From positions 2,863-66,862 of IMG/VR virus record IMGVR_UViG_3300028283_000005: 64,000 nt of DNA; one strand, 5' to 3'. The translations under genes and the position numbers were made by a program. This DNA is from a virus. The notes beneath the pieces are model-generated. The model worked only from the letters and a program-made list of their open reading frames with translations, made no database searches and had not been told where the DNA came from. Position 1 is the stretch's first letter, and the number at the start of each line of letters is the position of its first letter. This document shows, in pieces, positions 59,341-64,000 of this stretch.

Positions 59341-59372
59341 ATAAGGAGAAAGATCTTCAAGGAGACAGAATA

Positions 59373-59606
59373 ATGAACAAGAATTCCAGAGTTCAAGAGC
59401 GTAAGACCAAACATGGCATAGGCTCGGCTATCCAACATACTATTCAGAATACCTTAACCAAGAAGCATTTCCTCGCTGGAGATGTTTCTAACAAAATATC
59501 TATACATCTTTCAGATGGTAAAATAATAGTATTTGCCAAATCACAAGGTGTTGTAAAGGAAGTGACAAAGTTTTGGGAAGAAGTTATTCATCGTAAAAAT
59601 TATTAA
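59373..59606 (+). CDS. Hypothetical protein
   Basis: 77 aa; AAGGAGACAG leader. Confidence 0.55.
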   Translation: MNKNSRVQERKTKHGIGSAIQHTIQNTLTKKHFLAGDVSNKISIHLSDGKIIVFAKSQGVVKEVTKFWEEVIHRKNY

Positions 59607-59608
59607 TT

Positions 59609-59917
59609 ATGTCAGACAAAGAATTTATTCAAAGAGGTGCCATTGCTGCTTTACAGGGAATAATTAGCAGCAATGGAACAAGTGCCAATGTAGAACAAAG
59701 AGCTGTTGTACATGCAGAGGTTCTTTTACATATTATAAATCAAAGAGAATACTCCCTTGATGATAATTGGGATGTGAGGGATCGTATTGCTGATGTTGAT
59801 AACACACACGGAGAAATTGAGCGTGAAATACTCAAGAAGATTGAATATCTTGAGTATATGTTGGAAAATCATAAACGTATTATTGAAACTAATTGTCCGG
59901 GATGGATTAATAAATAA
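59609..59917 (+). CDS. Hypothetical phage protein (AIAALQGIIS..AV.HA..LL)
   Basis: 102 aa; motif common in small phage early proteins. Confidence 0.6.
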   Translation: MSDKEFIQRGAIAALQGIISSNGTSANVEQRAVVHAEVLLHIINQREYSLDDNWDVRDRIADVDNTHGEIEREILKKIEYLEYMLENHKRIIETNCPGWINK

Positions 59918-59935
59918 ACATTTAAACTAAAAAAT

Positions 59936-60793
59936 ATGAAGACCTCATCTAAGTATTATTTTCAGAAATATGATGAAAATTGTTATCCTATTCAATATCA
60001 TTTGGATTATATGAAGGAAAATAATTTATTAGAATTAGAAGTCTTTCGTGGTATTCCTAATCGTGGTATAGGATATTTCTTTTGTAAAAAGTTTCTTATA
60101 GTGGGAGAAAGTGGAACATGTGGAAAAATGTGCGAAGAGTATATTCCAAGAAGTACTCATGGTGGAAGCTGTCATTATCATAGTATGGTATATGAACAGG
60201 GTAAATCAAGAATTTTACGTATTCCTGAACAATGGGACGCTCTTCCCAATGAAATATGGAAAGATATTTCGGGATTTGAAGGACTTTATCAGGCATCTAC
60301 ATTAGGAAGGGTAAGAAGTTTTGATAAAACCCTTACTTCTGGATTATGGAATCAAGAAACTGTTTTATTAAAAGGAAGAATTATTAAATCACTTGATGGT
60401 AGAGGTGGATATTTAAAAGTTAGTCTTACTAATAAATCTGGTAAATATATACAAATAACATTACATAGATTAATAGGTAAAACTTTTATTCCTAATCCTG
60501 AGAATAAACCACAAATTAATCATAAAAACGCTATTAGAACTGATTGTAGAGTTGAAAATTTAGAATGGGTAACTGATAGTGAGAACAAAAGACATGCTAT
60601 AGAATATCTTGGTAACTGTAAAGGTGAAAGAGTTGGTACACATAAACTTACTGCTGCTCAAGTTTTGGAGATAAGAGAGATGTATAAAGATCAATATTAT
60701 AACCCAAGAGTAATTGGTGAAAAATATGGTGTGTCAAGAAACTCGATTATTCGTATAATTGAGGGAAAATCGTGGAAGCATTTAATAACTTAA
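59936..60793 (+). CDS. NUMOD4-HNH homing endonuclease with an N-terminal Cys-rich domain and C-terminal HTH
   Basis: EIWKDISGFEGLYQASTLGRVRS; HRLIGKTFIPNPENKPQINHKNAIRTDCRVENLEWVT..N..H. Confidence 0.88.
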   Translation: MKTSSKYYFQKYDENCYPIQYHLDYMKENNLLELEVFRGIPNRGIGYFFCKKFLIVGESGTCGKMCEEYIPRSTHGGSCHYHSMVYEQGKSRILRIPEQWDALPNEIWKDISGFEGLYQASTLGRVRSFDKTLTSGLWNQETVLLKGRIIKSLDGRGGYLKVSLTNKSGKYIQITLHRLIGKTFIPNPENKPQINHKNAIRTDCRVENLEWVTDSENKRHAIEYLGNCKGERVGTHKLTAAQVLEIREMYKDQYYNPRVIGEKYGVSRNSIIRIIEGKSWKHLIT

Positions 60794-60803
60794 ATTATGC
60801 AAT

Positions 60804-61661
60804 ATGAATGATTGTTTATATAACATGAGTCGTAGTATAGCTCTATGGTTCAAAAAATTTAATAATCCTCCTACTTTTCTGGAAGCAGATACTAAATGGA
60901 GTTTAAATAAATTCTTTGATTTTTCAGAAGGAAGATTTATTTTTCCTAATCCTTATTGGTATCAATGTGGAAGAAGCAACTCTTGTATGCTTTCAAAAGT
61001 AAATTATAAAGATGATCCCCCCAATACCTATGTTATCTGGAAAGAATCTCAGATTGTATGGGACGCTAATGAAAAAGCACTATCCCTTATTACAGAGCCG
61101 AACAAAGATGCTGGCAAGCAAATTATACCCGATTGGGGTTCTGCTCCCGTAGAACCAAAAACGTGCTCTGGCGAGATTGTTTCATGGCCCTCTGAAGGTA
61201 TGTATCAAGGGAGAGTTGAAGTTTGTATGAAAGTTCCTTCGAGTGGAGTAAAATACTGGCCTGCCTTTTGGTCATGGATTCAGGATAGTGGAGGAGCTAA
61301 TCCAATTAAGGAAGGAGATATAAACGAGATTGACTTTGCTGAATTTGAAAATTCTGATTCAAAAGGTTTTACTATCACTGTTTATCAATGGCAGTCAGGC
61401 AGAGCCGTTCAGGTATTTCATAAATCGTTCTCTTTTTCAACGGATTTAAGTCAACAATACCATATTTATCATTTTGAGTGGACTGCTACTTCAATTACTT
61501 TCTTTCTGGATGGATTTGCTCTATGTCGTTTTTCTAAAGCTCTGCCAATAAGACCTATATATTTATGGATTGGGAACTCAGTAAGTAGAGGCTTTCAGGG
61601 AATGATTGAAAAAGCAAGTTTATATATAAAATATGTAAAAGTTTATAAAAAGATAGTATGA
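60804..61661 (+). CDS. Glycoside hydrolase family 16 protein
   Basis: GRVEVCMKVP..YWPAFW..EIDFAE (ExDxxE catalytic motif)..YHIYHFEWT..FFLDG..YVKVY. Confidence 0.85.
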   Translation: MNDCLYNMSRSIALWFKKFNNPPTFLEADTKWSLNKFFDFSEGRFIFPNPYWYQCGRSNSCMLSKVNYKDDPPNTYVIWKESQIVWDANEKALSLITEPNKDAGKQIIPDWGSAPVEPKTCSGEIVSWPSEGMYQGRVEVCMKVPSSGVKYWPAFWSWIQDSGGANPIKEGDINEIDFAEFENSDSKGFTITVYQWQSGRAVQVFHKSFSFSTDLSQQYHIYHFEWTATSITFFLDGFALCRFSKALPIRPIYLWIGNSVSRGFQGMIEKASLYIKYVKVYKKIV

Positions 61662-61840
61662 CAAATTATAGAAAACAATTTACTCAAGAAACAGGTAAGA
61701 TCATCTTTGATAAAAAAGGATGGATTGCGAACGATGTTGTTGATTATGCTAAATGGCTTGAATCACAATTATATGATGCAAAAGCACAAATAGAAAGATT
61801 AGTCAAAGATGTCAAAGATTTAGTCGCTGAACAATATTAA
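61658..61840 (+). CDS. Hypothetical protein (F..ETG..Y.KWLESQL)
   Basis: 60 aa; ATGA overlap with the GH16 stop. Confidence 0.55.
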   Translation: MTNYRKQFTQETGKIIFDKKGWIANDVVDYAKWLESQLYDAKAQIERLVKDVKDLVAEQY

Positions 61841-61850
61841 AACAGATATT

Positions 61851-62141
61851 ATGATGCCAAGAGTAGAGTTTAAATTGGAAACTGGAGGGTTTCCATTCAT
61901 TGACAGTGAAGATGGATTTGCTATGCCTAATCCTAACTACGTACTGTGGCTTGAATCACGTCTACAGACAAAGGATGAACTGATAGAGGCACTGAATGCT
62001 TATATCCTTTTTCTGGAGATAGTTGTAACAGGTAGTTCGTTTTATTTACAAGTACATGGTCAGGGGGCAACAGAAACAGAGATAAAAGCAGGCATCGAAT
62101 TACGTGAAAAGATTAACACACTTAAAAACAAAACAAAATGA
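61851..62141 (+). CDS. Hypothetical protein (F..ETG..Y.LWLESRL)
   Basis: 96 aa; N-half paralogous to the preceding gene. Confidence 0.55.
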   Translation: MMPRVEFKLETGGFPFIDSEDGFAMPNPNYVLWLESRLQTKDELIEALNAYILFLEIVVTGSSFYLQVHGQGATETEIKAGIELREKINTLKNKTK

Positions 62142-62542
62142 ATAAGCAAGAATTTATTAATCAGTGGGGGCATCTATTTTCTGCTAATCCTAAATTATTC
62201 ATTAAAGACCTCGATTCCCTCCTTGCATCAGAGGGGGCGGGGAAGTGGATAAATGTAACTCGTGAAGATGCTTATAAAGAAGGAATGAGGCGGTCTAACG
62301 GTAGAGTAAAAAGCATATGGAAAGCCAAAATATTTGCTGCTGGTGCAATGTGGGCTAAAATGAAATTCACCGGGATTAGTGATGTTATTGGAAATCAACC
62401 CGAACAGGAAAGGAGTTGTAGGAATTGTCTGCATAAAAACAATATTGCCGATACACCGCCTTGCAATCGTTGTCTTAGAAATGTAGTAAATACACAATGG
62501 GATAACTGGCAACCCATCCCAAAGAAAGGGGAAACCTTATGA
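62138..62542 (+). CDS. Mosaic hypothetical protein with a C-terminal CxxC..PCxxC module
   Basis: RSCRNCLHK..PPCNRC..DNWQP; coupled overlaps with neighbours. Confidence 0.55.
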   Translation: MNKQEFINQWGHLFSANPKLFIKDLDSLLASEGAGKWINVTREDAYKEGMRRSNGRVKSIWKAKIFAAGAMWAKMKFTGISDVIGNQPEQERSCRNCLHKNNIADTPPCNRCLRNVVNTQWDNWQPIPKKGETL

Positions 62543-62721
62543 AAAAGTTTGGAGAGGTAATTAAGGATAAGGATACCGGACTTCAATATATAGTGTCCCA
62601 AGAAGAACAAGATGGATATTGTTTAGGATGTGCTTTTAGACCGCCTGAAATGAAATCAATGTGCTTTAAGAACAATCAATGTAAAGGGATTGTTTACAAA
62701 GAGTTTAAGAAAGGAGAATGA
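62539..62721 (+). CDS. Small Cys-rich protein (CLGCAF)
   Basis: 60 aa; ATGA overlap. Confidence 0.55.
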   Translation: MKKFGEVIKDKDTGLQYIVSQEEQDGYCLGCAFRPPEMKSMCFKNNQCKGIVYKEFKKGE

Positions 62722-62722
62722 T

Positions 62723-63310
62723 ATGAAACAGATAATAAAAATACTACATAAATTAGAAACAATATCTGATTGTGGACAATGTCCGAATTATCATGTAGAA
62801 GATGAAACAACTGTTAGTATCTGTAATAAAACAAAAAGAATACTCGATACTTTAATTATTCCTGGTTGGTGTCCTTTACCCGACTACCAAGAACAATCCC
62901 CGGAAGTGGTTAGTCGGGAAATCCGACATACCACTCCAACACCGAAAACATTGCCAATCATAAAAGGCGGATTAATGACTAAAGATGATCTTCGTCACAA
63001 TATTCTAAACAAGCACCTTAATGAATCAGGTCAGTATTTCCCTCCAACATTAGGTAGATTTATCAACGAAGCCATGCAAGAATACGCAGAGGAATATAAT
63101 CGTATGGTTTGTGCTTTACAATTTGTGTTAAATAAAGAGAAAGATCAATCCCCACCACCGGAAGCGGTTCTGTTTGGGGAATGGATAAGAGTAAATAACT
63201 ATTTCCCTATCTATTCTGACTATATCATAGGAGGATGGAAGATAAATGGATTAGAAGGAGATGGTGAATTTAAGACCACTCAGGAACTTTATCAGGAATT
63301 TAAACATTAA
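62723..63310 (+). CDS. Mosaic hypothetical protein (CGQCP..IPGWCPLPD; AMQEYAEEY; TTQELYQEF)
   Basis: Likely start MKQII at 62723 after AAGGAG. Confidence 0.55.
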   Translation: MKQIIKILHKLETISDCGQCPNYHVEDETTVSICNKTKRILDTLIIPGWCPLPDYQEQSPEVVSREIRHTTPTPKTLPIIKGGLMTKDDLRHNILNKHLNESGQYFPPTLGRFINEAMQEYAEEYNRMVCALQFVLNKEKDQSPPPEAVLFGEWIRVNNYFPIYSDYIIGGWKINGLEGDGEFKTTQELYQEFKH

Positions 63311-63321
63311 AACAAAATAAT

Positions 63322-63711
63322 ATGAACCAGAAAATCAATGAGATGACTTTAAACGGAGTTGTCTATGTTCCTAAAGGAACGGTAAATGAAATCCAAATGG
63401 CTTCTATGGTCGATGGATTAAAAGCAGTATTAATTCGCAGTTATGCAGCAGGTGTGCATTTCGGCTATCTTAAAGACGAGAAGTTTACCGAAGCTGGAAA
63501 AGTAGTCACTCTTGTCAATACTCGCAGGGTATGGTATTGGGATGGTGCAGCAAGTTTATCACAAATGGCAGTTGAGGGAGTAAACAAACCAGATAACTGC
63601 AAATTCTCAATGGTTGTTCCAGAAAATGAAATTGTGAACGTCATTGAAACTATTCCCTTGACAGAAAAAGCTATTGATAACCTTTTCAAAATAAAAGTAT
63701 GGAAACAGTAG
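63322..63711 (+). CDS. Conserved small phage protein, Sm-like (RSYAAGVHFG..RRVWYW.GAASLSQMA)
   Basis: Recognisable motif set, typically paired with a G-Y/S/D repeat gene as it is here. Confidence 0.7.
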   Translation: MNQKINEMTLNGVVYVPKGTVNEIQMASMVDGLKAVLIRSYAAGVHFGYLKDEKFTEAGKVVTLVNTRRVWYWDGAASLSQMAVEGVNKPDNCKFSMVVPENEIVNVIETIPLTEKAIDNLFKIKVWKQ

Positions 63712-63941
63712 ATAAGAATATAGTAGGTGATGGCTATGGCTCTGGCTATGGCTCTGGCTATGGCTCTGGCGATGGCTCTGGCTCTGGCTATGGCTATGGC
63801 TCTGGCTATGGCTATGGCTCTGGCGATGGCTATGGCTATGGCTCTGGCTATGGCTATGGCTATGGCGATGGCTATGGCTATGGCTATGGCTCTGGCGATG
63901 GCTATGGCTCTGGCTCTGGCGATGGCTATGGCTCTGGCTGA
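63699..63941 (+). CDS. Gly-Tyr/Ser/Asp dipeptide-repeat peptide
   Basis: 80 aa, (GY/GS/GD)n; overlaps the preceding gene. Confidence 0.6.
   Translation: METVDKNIVGDGYGSGYGSGYGSGDGSGSGYGYGSGYGYGSGDGYGYGSGYGYGYGDGYGYGYGSGDGYGSGSGDGYGSG
63727..63938 (+). repeat. Hexamer tandem repeat (GGCTAT/GGCTCT/GGCGAT)
   Basis: About 35 consecutive 6-bp units, nearly all starting GGC. Confidence 0.9.
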
Positions 63942-64000
63942 AAACTTTATAACTCAAATGAATTTCAGGAATTTAAAAACAAGTGATTATGAGAAGAGTA

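Noticed and set aside
63727-63938. Possible CRISPR array
   Set aside because: 6-bp coding tandem units with no unique spacers; no repeat-spacer array or cas gene noticed in the window
63607-63957. Minus-strand Ser-His/Gln repeat ORF
   Set aside because: Shadow of the GGC-based hexamer repeat; the surrounding region codes on the plus strand

Overview
This window is part of a crAss-like (Crassvirales-type) phage genome, probably infecting a Bacteroidota host, judged from TTG/TTTG-N19-20-TAnnTTTG promoters. Bases 1-54.8 kb are a minus-strand late module: RepL-like and IHF-like genes, TerL, portal, scaffold-like protein, major capsid protein, ring/auxiliary capsid and tail proteins, a split muzzle/stabilisation gene, ejected cargo proteins, a 4280-aa single-chain virion RNA polymerase (DFDID motif) and a 2231-aa polyvalent protein. 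From 55.08 kb there is a divergent plus-strand cluster of small accessory genes, including an HTH-sigma70 region 4 fusion, a NUMOD4-HNH nuclease, a GH16 hydrolase and a Gly-repeat peptide. The most unusual signals are: (1) codon-scrambled poly-Thr tracts in six late genes, linking swappable-looking modules; (2) a muzzle gene split around Thr-linked modules, with a ~70-aa domain shared with another tail gene; (3) a perfect 124-bp inverted copy of part of the polyvalent gene 55.5 kb away, inside an early gene; (4) recurring xxGG/AQxG and WLxKY motifs punctuating the cargo proteins; (5) several repeated 5'-UTR and operator-like motifs. All product calls come from motif recognition and gene order; no database search was run.
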